Below the pieces are notes generated by a model. The model searched no databases. It was not told the DNA's origin and saw only the letters and a list, made by a program, of their open reading frames with translations. Source: a virus. Taken from it: DNA of 64,000 nt. Shown here one piece after another: positions 39,467 to 49,700 of the stretch (position 1 is its first letter; each line of letters opens with the position of its first letter). The stretch lies in IMG/VR virus record IMGVR_UViG_3300017788_003020, positions 15,625 through 79,624 of that record; one strand, 5' to 3'. The position numbers and the translations under genes were made by a program.

Positions 39467-39646
39467 ATGAATTATCTTGAATTATTCGAAAAATGGTCTG
39501 AAAAATACAAGAAGAGCATAAATTGCAAAAACCCCAAGGGATTTTCTCAAAGGGCTCACTGTGCAGGAAGGAAAAAGAAAGCTCGTAAAAAATTGAAGAA
39601 TTATGAGTCTTGGGTTATAGAAAATTATTATCTAAAGCAAACTTGA
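39467..39646 (+). CDS. 59-aa basic protein with the KWSEKYKKSINCKNPKGFSQRAHCAGRKK motif (not in the ORF track)
   Basis: Translated by hand; motif I recognise from T4-like/jumbo phage hypothetical proteins; GATATATA at 39436-39443. Confidence 0.75.
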   Translation: MNYLELFEKWSEKYKKSINCKNPKGFSQRAHCAGRKKKARKKLKNYESWVIENYYLKQT

Positions 39647-40222
39647 TATATTAGAATTACTCTTATTTAATCCCGTAGTTTTACTTAATAATGGTGTTAT
39701 ATCAACTACAGCCCCATATTCAATAAATACATCAAAAAATTTAGAATAATTATCACCCCAGTATGTCATGGCACAAGCCATAGGAGCGCCCTTTCCAACA
39801 TCTTTTCCATTTTCTAAAAAGCGCAGTCTTGTATCATATAGAAAACATATAGATTTAGCCTTACTAAAAACATAATTTTTCCAATGGGATGTATTAGAAG
39901 CAACAGGTATTAGTGCTAAAACTTCTGAATTATATTTTTCATTGGCAAACGCACACTTTTCAAGCCAATGCTTAATAGATGTTTTTCTAATTTTGTCTAT
40001 ACCATATGGGGGATTGACATAGATTGATGGATAATTCCATTGCTCTTTAAGTCCATCATGTTTAGGTAGTCTATATTCAACAATAGCATTTACTATTGAG
40101 TATTCATTAGAACATGGGTCTAAGTGTATTTTACCGCCAAAAAATTTTCTTACAGCGTTTACATATTTTTCAGGCGTGCCCCAACTTTGACTTTTAGTAT
40201 TTATTTTTCGACCTGCACTCAT
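39632..40222 (-). CDS. Phage N6-adenine DNA methyltransferase
   Basis: WGTP, LDPCS, NPPY, LIP..SNTSHW, RLRF. Confidence 0.85.
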   Translation of the reverse strand: MSAGRKINTKSQSWGTPEKYVNAVRKFFGGKIHLDPCSNEYSIVNAIVEYRLPKHDGLKEQWNYPSIYVNPPYGIDKIRKTSIKHWLEKCAFANEKYNSEVLALIPVASNTSHWKNYVFSKAKSICFLYDTRLRFLENGKDVGKGAPMACAMTYWGDNYSKFFDVFIEYGAVVDITPLLSKTTGLNKSNSNISSLL

Positions 40223-40244
40223 TATAGATGTATTAAGATTTGAA

Positions 40245-40937
40245 TTAAATATCTCTTGGTTGCATTATAGCCGAGTCTCTTTCTTTTTTACCGTCAATAA
40301 AAAATACATCAAACGGAGTTTGTTTTCTTAGTTCTTTTTCAAAAACAACAACACTATCGTGATAATGAATCCCAGAAATTGTATTTGCATAATACTTATT
40401 CTCTGTTTCTGGATTATCAAAATGATAAGCGGTTAAGTGGTCTATTAAATTTTTAGTAAATTCCACCATAGTATGAGGTTCTCTAAATCCACCACCATAA
40501 TATGACCAATAAGATGTATGAGTATCTTCTATAAAATAAATTCCACCATCGTTTATGATAGGAAAAAGCCATGTGAAAGAATTTATCACATGTTCATTCA
40601 GATGGCTACCATCATCTATGATGATATCAAAACTTCCATATTTTTGTATAATTCTATCTATATCATCTTTACTGTTTTGACTACCTATAAAAACTTCTAT
40701 ATTTTCACCAGAATGTTCTAAACAATTTGAGTCTATATCTAATCCAACTATTAAGGAGTTTTTACCGAAATAATTTTTCCACATTCTAAGTGAGCCCCCA
40801 CCGCTCACGCCTATTTCTAATAGACGGATGTCTTTATCCTTAAACTTTGAGAAATATTTTCTGTAAAGTTCAAAATAATGGTTCCACTTGTGGACAAGTC
40901 TGCCCTCTGTATTCCCTAAAAAATCTAAATTTTCCAT
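40245..40937 (-). CDS. Class I SAM-dependent (sugar O-)methyltransferase
   Basis: HKWNHYFELY, LLEIGVSGGGS, IIIDDGSH, YFIEDTHTSYW. Confidence 0.85.
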   Translation of the reverse strand: MENLDFLGNTEGRLVHKWNHYFELYRKYFSKFKDKDIRLLEIGVSGGGSLRMWKNYFGKNSLIVGLDIDSNCLEHSGENIEVFIGSQNSKDDIDRIIQKYGSFDIIIDDGSHLNEHVINSFTWLFPIINDGGIYFIEDTHTSYWSYYGGGFREPHTMVEFTKNLIDHLTAYHFDNPETENKYYANTISGIHYHDSVVVFEKELRKQTPFDVFFIDGKKERDSAIMQPRDI

Positions 40938-40949
40938 ATATTTTTTACT

Positions 40950-41408
40950 TTAGAATAGTCTTCCTATTTTTTTATTTTTGAATATTTTATAATCAACATT
41001 TAATTCGTTTAAGAGCTCTTCTTTGAATTTTACTGGGATTGCATTAAAAAACTGGGAAAGATTAATCTTTAGAATTTCTGATGTTTTATTGATAAGTTCA
41101 ACTCTTGACCACTCTAAATTTTTAGTATTTGCATGTACAAAAACATATAATTCAGATAGATGGTTTTTTGGAAATTTCTTTTGCTCAACTAAATAGTGAG
41201 CAAATTCTGATTTTTCTATTATCTCTACAAGGTGGTCTTCTAATCTGGATTTTCTATCATACTCTTGTGGGTCAGTGCAATAGTCCATATAATCATTAAC
41301 AAAGACGGAATCGAGAGTATTGCTTGAATTTGCAGTGAACTCAATATTGCTTTGGTTATAATCATTATCTAAGATTTTATCTCCTCTTTTATACTTCGAA
41401 TTGCTCAT
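40950..41408 (-). CDS. Putative late-transcription coactivator (T4 gp33-like)
   Basis: C-terminal ELINKTSEILKINLSQFFNAIPVKFKEELLNE..LF follows the gp33 pattern; lies in the replication operon. Confidence 0.45.
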   Translation of the reverse strand: MSNSKYKRGDKILDNDYNQSNIEFTANSSNTLDSVFVNDYMDYCTDPQEYDRKSRLEDHLVEIIEKSEFAHYLVEQKKFPKNHLSELYVFVHANTKNLEWSRVELINKTSEILKINLSQFFNAIPVKFKEELLNELNVDYKIFKNKKIGRLF

Positions 41409-41425
41409 ATTTATTTCCTTTATTT

Positions 41426-42745
41426 TTATTCCAAATCTTGTGTTATTTCAGACTCATCATCCTCAACAATTCTCATTAAGCTATAATTAACATTAAATCT
41501 CTTTCTGAAATTTTTAGCTTGTGCATGTCTTGTCAATAAGGCTTTAATGATATAACTTTGTTCACTATACATAAGAGGGTCTTGGATGATTGCACCCATG
41601 AAATCAACAGTATGAGCAAGAGAAGCACCTTCTGCTATGTTTGTTATATTGATATTTGTAGAAGCAAATGCTCCTCTATTTACCTGCATAGCAGTAACTA
41701 CACACCATTTATTTTTTTGACCCATAGCTCTAAGGTCTTCAGAAATATGCTTGATTTTTATATATGTATTTTCTGAGTTGGGAATACGCCAATTTTTTAC
41801 AATCCCGATATAATCAATAACAACCACATCAAATTGTATACCATGCAATTCCTGTTCTCTTTTAAGATAAGATTCAAAGTCAAGTACAGAAGCAGTTGAC
41901 ATTGGAAATTCTTTTATGAAAAGCTGACCTGGGATTATAAAGTTTGATGTTGAATTTTCAAACTTAAACTCCTTTATCTTCTGTTTCATGGTTGCAGAAT
42001 CTTCAGCTGATTCTGAATATTCATCCATGGAAAGATTCAGAAGATTAGCTCCACATCTTTGTGTAATATCAAAATCTTGCAATTCAAGTGTTATGTAACA
42101 TACATTGTGTCCATTTCTAACCGCATTACAAGCAAGATTTACAAGCCAAACGCTTTTTCCAACTTTAGGTTCACCAAGCAAAACAACTAAATTACCATAA
42201 CCATAACCGCCACCCATCACAACATCAAAGAAATCATAGCCAGTTTTGAACCTTTCTATTCTTTTTGATTTGTGAGAATCAGCATTATAGAAGTCCAAAC
42301 CTCCATTAAAATCTAACCCTAATGAATCTCCTTCACTTACGGTTTTTTTAAGAGTATGGACAAAGTCGTTTATGTTTTCTGTATTGACTTCGGTTGTTTG
42401 AGCATAATCAACCGCACTTTCAAGTTTAATAAGTATGTTTCTATATTCAAGAAAAGTATGAAAATTCTCTTTCAACCATTCTTGGTCATACTCATTTATG
42501 TCAGTATCAAAAACAGAATCTACCGCTTCGTTGCTAATTTTATCCGTTATTTTCTTAGCAATAAGAAGATGCTCGAATTGCTTTTTCGTAGGGACTTTGT
42601 TATATCTTTCGAAAAAGCTTTTGACTACCTTAAAAAAATGTTGGTATTCTTTAATTCTAAAGAACTCTGGATTTATCTTGTGTAGATAATCAGGATTTTC
42701 TATGGTATATCTTAGATATAAACGCTCAAATTGAGTAGATTCCAT
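41426..42745 (-). CDS. Replicative DNA helicase (DnaB/T4 gp41-like)
   Basis: GEPKVGKS Walker A, YITLE, VVIDYI, TAMQVNR. Confidence 0.9.
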   Translation of the reverse strand: MESTQFERLYLRYTIENPDYLHKINPEFFRIKEYQHFFKVVKSFFERYNKVPTKKQFEHLLIAKKITDKISNEAVDSVFDTDINEYDQEWLKENFHTFLEYRNILIKLESAVDYAQTTEVNTENINDFVHTLKKTVSEGDSLGLDFNGGLDFYNADSHKSKRIERFKTGYDFFDVVMGGGYGYGNLVVLLGEPKVGKSVWLVNLACNAVRNGHNVCYITLELQDFDITQRCGANLLNLSMDEYSESAEDSATMKQKIKEFKFENSTSNFIIPGQLFIKEFPMSTASVLDFESYLKREQELHGIQFDVVVIDYIGIVKNWRIPNSENTYIKIKHISEDLRAMGQKNKWCVVTAMQVNRGAFASTNINITNIAEGASLAHTVDFMGAIIQDPLMYSEQSYIIKALLTRHAQAKNFRKRFNVNYSLMRIVEDDESEITQDLE

Positions 42746-42753
42746 TATGTATT

Positions 42754-43032
42754 TTATTCCCAGCCATGTTTTAGCATCTGGAAGTTTTCATCATCCATTT
42801 GCTTCAAAAATTGTTTTTTGCAAAGTTTTGATGTAAGCATCTCTAACTTTTCTTCATCATTGGATAATATCTCCAATATCTTTTTTCTACTTATAACATC
42901 TTTATCTTGATGTTCAAGATATCTTGCAATTTCATACAAAACACCTTCTTCATCGGGCCATTTTTTTGTTTTTCTATGAATCTTCAATTCATATTTAACG
43001 GGTATTTTTTGTGGGTCTAATGGTATTCCCAT
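42754..43032 (-). CDS. Hypothetical protein
   Basis: ORF between recombinase and helicase; start revised to 43032. Confidence 0.6.
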   Translation of the reverse strand: MGIPLDPQKIPVKYELKIHRKTKKWPDEEGVLYEIARYLEHQDKDVISRKKILEILSNDEEKLEMLTSKLCKKQFLKQMDDENFQMLKHGWE

Positions 43033-43033
43033 A

Positions 43034-44326
43034 TTATTCCTCATCACCATCATCATTGACAGAATCAATACCTAATTGTTCCAAGTCTTCATCTAAAGCA
43101 ACAAATTCATCATCATTGATAGCTTCAGGAAGTAAGAAGATTCCAGCCATCTTTTTATCTAATGCTTCTAATACTTCAGGTGTGAAAACATGCTTTGTAA
43201 ACAAATCTTTTGCAGAGCGGATGTTTTTACCCAGATGTCTAACTGCCCATGTTTTTGAATTATCATCTGCAACAAACTCAATTTCATTTGTTTCTATTTC
43301 TTCAAACTTGGGCTTTCCTCTGTAAATAACCTGCTCTCCATTTTCATCAAGAACTGGTCTCTTTTCAATCTTTTTAGTCAAACTTCCTTTTTGGATTCCA
43401 CAAGTTTCCCAATCAACATAGTTTTCCAAGAAGATGTATTTATTCATACCAGTAAAGAAGTTGATTTGCATCTTAATTGGAATAGGTCTTGTAAATCTTG
43501 ACTTATCAAGTTTTGATGTTACAATGATACCAGTTTGAGACATATTTGCTTCTTTTGATTGCTTGGTTTCTTCTTTCAACTTTGCTTTTGATAAGATAAT
43601 GTTGACGGAAGGATTATACATAACACCGCTACCACCTGCAATTTTATCAGTTGGAACATAAGCTGTTGTATCTGTATAAGTATGATTCACAAAAAGAATA
43701 GGAACATTTAGTTTACCAGATTGAACAGTAACTGTTCTGAACAGAGATTTGATTTCAGAAGGTCTTGTCATATCTCTCTTATGTTCACCTAATTTAGAAT
43801 CGGCTTCTTCTTTTGCAGTTTTTAAGTTACCGATTGAGTCAATTATGATGATAAATTTACCTGGGTCTTTTTTTGCTTTTTGAGCATCTTTCATTGCTTC
43901 AAAAATTTCAATAATTTGATGTTTTACATTATGAATAACATCTTCTGGAATAAGAGTAAATTCATTAGTATCAATACCAAACTTCGATACGTGGTTTTCA
44001 TCAATTGCAAATTCTGTATCAAAATACAAAACGTGATAGCCTATTTTTTGAGCTTCTCTTGCCATATTTAGAGCAAGATAAGTTTTACCAGTTCCAGACG
44101 GGCCACTGATTCCAATGATTCTGTTTGAAGGAATACCTTTGTAAATAGAACCAGAAATCTGACAGTTAAGAGCAAAATTTCCAGTAGGAATCCACTCTTT
44201 AATTTCACCAAAAGCAGATTCGCTAATTAAAGCAGCATCTGGATTCATTTTTTTTAATCTTGATAAAATAGAACCTTTTGCAGATTTAGCTCCATCCTGT
44301 GATTGTTCTTCTTTTTGCTTAGCCAT
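43034..44326 (-). CDS. uvsX: RecA/UvsX-like recombinase
   Basis: GPSGTGKT, YFDTEFA, IIDSIGNL, DMTR, VNHTY, AGGSG. Confidence 0.9.
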   Translation of the reverse strand: MAKQKEEQSQDGAKSAKGSILSRLKKMNPDAALISESAFGEIKEWIPTGNFALNCQISGSIYKGIPSNRIIGISGPSGTGKTYLALNMAREAQKIGYHVLYFDTEFAIDENHVSKFGIDTNEFTLIPEDVIHNVKHQIIEIFEAMKDAQKAKKDPGKFIIIIDSIGNLKTAKEEADSKLGEHKRDMTRPSEIKSLFRTVTVQSGKLNVPILFVNHTYTDTTAYVPTDKIAGGSGVMYNPSVNIILSKAKLKEETKQSKEANMSQTGIIVTSKLDKSRFTRPIPIKMQINFFTGMNKYIFLENYVDWETCGIQKGSLTKKIEKRPVLDENGEQVIYRGKPKFEEIETNEIEFVADDNSKTWAVRHLGKNIRSAKDLFTKHVFTPEVLEALDKKMAGIFLLPEAINDDEFVALDEDLEQLGIDSVNDDGDEE

Positions 44327-44336
44327 AATATTTTCT

Positions 44337-45578
44337 TTAGAATAATGAATTTGTTACAATTAATGTTTCAGGTATAGGTCGAACACCTATAACTTCAAGA
44401 ATCCTATTTGTAGGTTCTATGATTTTTTTAGCAAATTGTTTATCGAAATCGATAAATGGTGCAAATTCTTTTGGGTGACTCATTGGAAGAAAGCAAAAAA
44501 CATCATCCTTTTTAGATGAGGTTTTTGCATAATATAACTTTACCTTATCACCTGATTTTATTCTGTGATATTTCATGCTATATTTAGACTTATTCAAAGT
44601 ATAGTTGTAAATCGCAGCGCCCCTTACATGTATTGGACATCCTGATTTTACAGCAATCTCTGAGCGGTCATTTAATATGAATTTATCATAATCAGATATT
44701 TTTTTAGTCTCTGATATTTCTTCCAATTCCTTCATTTCCATTTCTTTACGCCATTTCTTCAAAACCTTTACTATATCTTCATACTTGATTTTACCATCCG
44801 ACTTTTTAGAAGTCAGAATAATTTCAATCATTTCTTTTAGCTTTTTTCTACACCATGAGGGATGTGAAGGTTTAACTGCTTCTAAGCCAGTTACAGTTAT
44901 TTTAACATCTTTATATTTAATTCCTTCAACTTCAACTGTTCCATCTTCAAGAGAATAAATTGAAGTTGTTTTCCATGCTAATTCTATCGCATAGTTTTTC
45001 TTTGCTATAAAAATACCAATTCTAATGAGCTTCTCAAATTCAAAATCCATCAGATTTTCTGTATTTCTTTTTTGAGCATACATATTATATGCGTTGACAA
45101 TATAACCATGTAATCTATTTTTATAGATTGCTAAAATAAATTCTACAGGGTCATCTCCATCATAATTCGCAGACTCCAAAACTCTATCAAATCTAAAATA
45201 AGCAGAGTCTGTATCTCCTTGAATTAGAAGGCTATCTTCTCCAAGAGAAGTTACCTTAGATGAGTCTAATTTCAATAAATTATGTAGTTTTTTATCTTTA
45301 TGCCAATGGTTAGTAAAATAATTGTCAAATATTTTTTTTGCATGTAAGGATATATCAACACTTTGCTGAGTAATAGCCTCTGCTACATTTATATTGTAGC
45401 ATAAGAAGTGTTGATTACCAAATGCGCCATAAACAGAATTGATGAAGATTTTAATACCTTGTTCTTCATTAAACAAATCATGTTGAAGTTTTGTCAATCT
45501 TGCTATTTCAAGTTTGATTTCTTCATATGTTGCTTTATCTGGGTCTATTTGACAATATTTTAAGCCATTAGACTGCAT
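44337..45578 (-). CDS. Family B DNA polymerase, C-terminal half only (split PolB)
   Basis: KIFINSVYGAFG (motif B), GDTDS (motif C), KKNYA, GLEAV, PIHVRGA; no exonuclease domain or motif A. Confidence 0.88.
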   Translation of the reverse strand: MQSNGLKYCQIDPDKATYEEIKLEIARLTKLQHDLFNEEQGIKIFINSVYGAFGNQHFLCYNINVAEAITQQSVDISLHAKKIFDNYFTNHWHKDKKLHNLLKLDSSKVTSLGEDSLLIQGDTDSAYFRFDRVLESANYDGDDPVEFILAIYKNRLHGYIVNAYNMYAQKRNTENLMDFEFEKLIRIGIFIAKKNYAIELAWKTTSIYSLEDGTVEVEGIKYKDVKITVTGLEAVKPSHPSWCRKKLKEMIEIILTSKKSDGKIKYEDIVKVLKKWRKEMEMKELEEISETKKISDYDKFILNDRSEIAVKSGCPIHVRGAAIYNYTLNKSKYSMKYHRIKSGDKVKLYYAKTSSKKDDVFCFLPMSHPKEFAPFIDFDKQFAKKIIEPTNRILEVIGVRPIPETLIVTNSLF

Positions 45579-46362
45579 CGTTTCTTCCTACAACAAGATA
45601 GGTTTTAGAATCTGTGGATGTAAATACTAAGCGATTTTCTCCAACAGAAACTCTATATGATTCGCCGTCAAGCATGCTTAAATAATTCTTAGGGAATCTT
45701 GCTGTACCGTTTTTACGAGATTCTGTGTTTTTAGATGTGATTTTGTATTTGAATGTTTGATTTCCAAAGACGATATCATTGACTTTACACTCAACATTCA
45801 AGTTATTATCGATTTTATCTATGGCAGAGAACTTCTTTATTTTCAATAAATCTTCAAGTTCTAAGTCAAATTCAAATATAGGTTCTTCTATATTTGCTAT
45901 TTCTTTGAAGAACTTATCATTTGTGATTGTTCCATATATGGAAAGAGAACCATTCTCGAATGAGAATTGAAGGTCTTTGTTATTATTGAGAGAAGTTTTC
46001 GTTGCTACTGATTCTTCTTCTACATCTAAACCAGCTAAATTTAGGTAATGAATATCCAAAGAAACTTGGTCAGATGAAGAATCCAAAAACTTCAATGCTT
46101 GTTGGTATTGTTTAATATTAATCAATCCAATTTTAAGTAATTCTGGTAAATCTCCATCTTCTTTCATCTGCAATACTTCTTCAAACGGCAAGGCAGAATA
46201 CTTAATAGCACTTCTATCAGGAGTATATGTTTTGGCGTATAATTCACTTTCATTCAATTCTAAAAGAAGATTTTCATCGAATTGGTGGAATCTATCCAAA
46301 AATTCATGGACTTTGTTGACATGAATGTTGACAAAGTTTAAGGTTTTACCTTTTTGTTTCAT
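45568..46362 (-). CDS. Putative sliding clamp (T4 gp45-like)
   Basis: 264 aa with a two-domain alpha/beta pattern, directly upstream of PolB. Confidence 0.5.
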   Translation of the reverse strand: MKQKGKTLNFVNIHVNKVHEFLDRFHQFDENLLLELNESELYAKTYTPDRSAIKYSALPFEEVLQMKEDGDLPELLKIGLINIKQYQQALKFLDSSSDQVSLDIHYLNLAGLDVEEESVATKTSLNNNKDLQFSFENGSLSIYGTITNDKFFKEIANIEEPIFEFDLELEDLLKIKKFSAIDKIDNNLNVECKVNDIVFGNQTFKYKITSKNTESRKNGTARFPKNYLSMLDGESYRVSVGENRLVFTSTDSKTYLVVGRNDAV

Positions 46363-46721
46363 TTTTTTCTCCGTAAAATATATTCGTTATCAATAGTATT
46401 CAGAGTCTAATTCTGAAAAATAACCAGAAACAAAGGTTATTTTCTTCAAATTATTTCGATTTCGGTTTTTCTATACCAGAAATCTATCCTTACTTTATGG
46501 CTTTTAGCTTAATATTAAGCCTTTTATTCCTTTTTGAGTCTTTTCGTGACCTATACATTATACTCTAAATTGGAAATAAGTTCATTCGGAAATATAGGTA
46601 AAATCCAAAAGGGTCATTTTTTAATTTTAGGAAATAGAAAATATTGTTAAAAAAATAACTTTTTCTAAAAAATTGATATATACTAATAGAGAAAGTATTA
46701 CCTAATTAAAACATTAAAAAA

Positions 46722-49700
46722 ATGACACCTGCTGATAATAGTTTACACGATATTTTACAAGAATTGATGAGAACACATGCCAATTCTATTGAAATATTAT
46801 CAAAATTTTCAGAAGCGTTTACTTCTACGACAGAATCTGTTACTGTTAACTTAAAAACAGATAGTGGGCAAACAACTTCATATCAAGTTCCTTCTTTGGG
46901 ATTTTTACAATCTGAGATAAAAAGACTTGAAGAAAATGTAAGAGGACTTGCTGGATTAGACTCAGGGAGTGCTAATATCCGTTTAGAAGATGGCACATAT
47001 AAAAGAATTATGACATCTTCCACAAATCAAGAGCCTTCAAGAATTGGAAATGTGACCGTTCCTTCTTCTTTTTCAAGAAGAAATAATTGGTTTTTTGATA
47101 ATTTCATCAATCCTATGTTGATGGTTAGTTTTGATGTTTCAAACTATGTTTCTTCAAATATACGAAATGTATGGTATAGAAGAGTTATTGTAAACACAGA
47201 TACTGACGAAAAAAGACAAATATTTGATGATAACATAAGAGGTAGAAATGATATTGAATATGAAACCCTTATGTTATTCTTAAACGCAAGAGGAATGAAT
47301 CACTTTGTTGATGAAGATGAATATAGGTTTCCCCCATCTGTAAGTCAATTTACAGGAACTTTTGATGTTATTAGCATTCTGAATACAGATACCGCTTCAA
47401 GTGGAAACATACGCTCTTATAGATTAAATAAATTAACCTATACGAATAATTTAAGCCCAAATGTTGATACTGAAACCCTAAAAATCGGAGATATTGTAGC
47501 AACAAAGGGCGGTGCAAGATATAGAGTAGAGGAAGTCAATAAAATTGAGAATACAGTTAGATTAACTTTAACGAGTGGATATGAATTGATTAGTATAGGA
47601 ACCGATGTTTTGTATATCATTTCGGATGCTCTTACAATTCGTCAAGTTGAAGTTTCCGTTGGTCATGATGAAAGACAGGTTATATTTTTTAGACCAGTTG
47701 ATTCTGGAACTCAAGTCGCTTCTACAAAATGGTCACCAGGGGTTGGCATTTATTCAAATGAACTTAGAATTAGAACCGCTGACTCTGAAATGAGTTTGGA
47801 TGACTATTATAGAACATATTGTATAGATTTCGGTTCACAATTGCTTGATGCGGCTAAAAACAAGCCAGTTCCTAAAATTCTCGGTATTAAGCCAGATGCA
47901 CCTACTTTAAGAACTGAAGATTTTAAGGTTTTAGTCATAAATGAGCATAAAACACAATCTCAAGATTCTGAAACTCTTCGTCAAAAATTTTCAGAAAAAA
48001 CAAGGCTACAATCAGAAATTCAACAACTCGACTCTGCTATTTCGAAAACAAAAGAAGAAATACAAACTTCAAATAATGCAACTTCTTTTGATAAGAGAGC
48101 CTTAACGAATAAGTTAAATGCTCTTGTAGAAAAAAGAAATTCCCTCTCAAGTTTATATTCAACAACCGTTAGAGAATTGGGCGCTTTAAGCACAACAACA
48201 GTTGCTACCGAATCACCTAAATATAGAATTAGAGGATTTTTCCCTATTCCTTCACCTAAGGTTGAAAATAAAACTGGTCAGCAACAGATTATCCAGTTTA
48301 TTGTTCAATATCGTTATTTAAGATTAGATGGAACAGCAACTGGGCCGAAATCATTTGAATTTGTAGATTCTTCTGGGAACACTATTAAAGGTTATTATTC
48401 AGAATGGAACGAAGTTCAAAGTCCAATTAGAAAACAATTTTACGATGAAGTAAGTCAAAGATATATTTGGGCAAATGAGGATGTGAATGACCCAGAATCC
48501 GTAAACATCAATCAAGTTGATATTCCAATCAGCCCAAATGAAAAAGTTGAAATAAGAGTCGCTTCCGTAAGTGAGGCTGGTTATCCAACTAATCCTATGA
48601 AGTCTGATTATTCTCAAAGTATAACAATCACATTCCCAACTGAGCTCATTCCTTCTAATGAAGTTACTCTATTAAAAGAAACTCAAATGGAATTAAATAA
48701 AGTTGAGGTAATCGAAGACTTAAATTCAAAAGGATTGGACATTGTTTTGAGTAATGTATTCACTCAAGGTGACCAAGTATTTGTTGCAAAGGGCGAGTCT
48801 GTTGCTTCTGGTTTCGTTTCAGATGCTGGTTCTCCAGTTTCCGTTTATGAAAAGTTCAAAGCAATGGAACAGCAAATCTCTATTTTGAATTCTATGGTTA
48901 CATCAGGTAGAGGAAAACTTGATGTTTACATTCTCGATGAAGCTAATAACAGATATAGCATTTCAAATGGCGGTGCAATTGAATTAAACGCTGGTTTTTA
49001 TTCTGAAATTGTTCAGCAATTCCCAGAATCCGAGAGAAAGGGTGCTATCGTCACTATGAAATATTGTATTGTTATAGAGAATCTAAATCCAACTCCACTT
49101 GAACTTGTAACAAGATTCCCAGGTGGAATAAATCAAAAACTCCAAACTTTATACGGAACAGGAAATTCAGAATATTCAGGAAGAGATTATCATTTAGCAC
49201 CACTTCTTTATAATGATGTTCCTCTTGAATTACTCACAAGAAGTAGCGCATATTGGAACGCTCCTTATATGAGTTCACAAGTTCCAAGCCAATATGCTTA
49301 TCTACGAGGTAGAGGTTTAGGTTTAACCCAAAGCGATGAACTCTATAAATCAACGGGTTTAGAAGATAGGCACTTATTCCCAACGAGAGACCTTAATAGT
49401 GGTATAAATATAAACGAAGCTTTTGTTTGGAATAATACAACCGCTTTAAGTGCTCCACCACAAGCAATAACTAAAATTACAGATTTCTGTATTCATGTAG
49501 ACCATCCTGAAATAGCATTAGGAAGTTCTAAATCATATTCTCAATTAGTCTACCCACAGGTAAGTTCATTAACATCTACTCAAATCAATCCAAGAATTAG
49601 ACATTCTAATTTATTTTATTTGAAGATTGATGAACCAGATGGATTGAAGCAATTATCATACAAACCTTCTAATTGGAGTCAGGCTCCAAGTCCAACTAAT

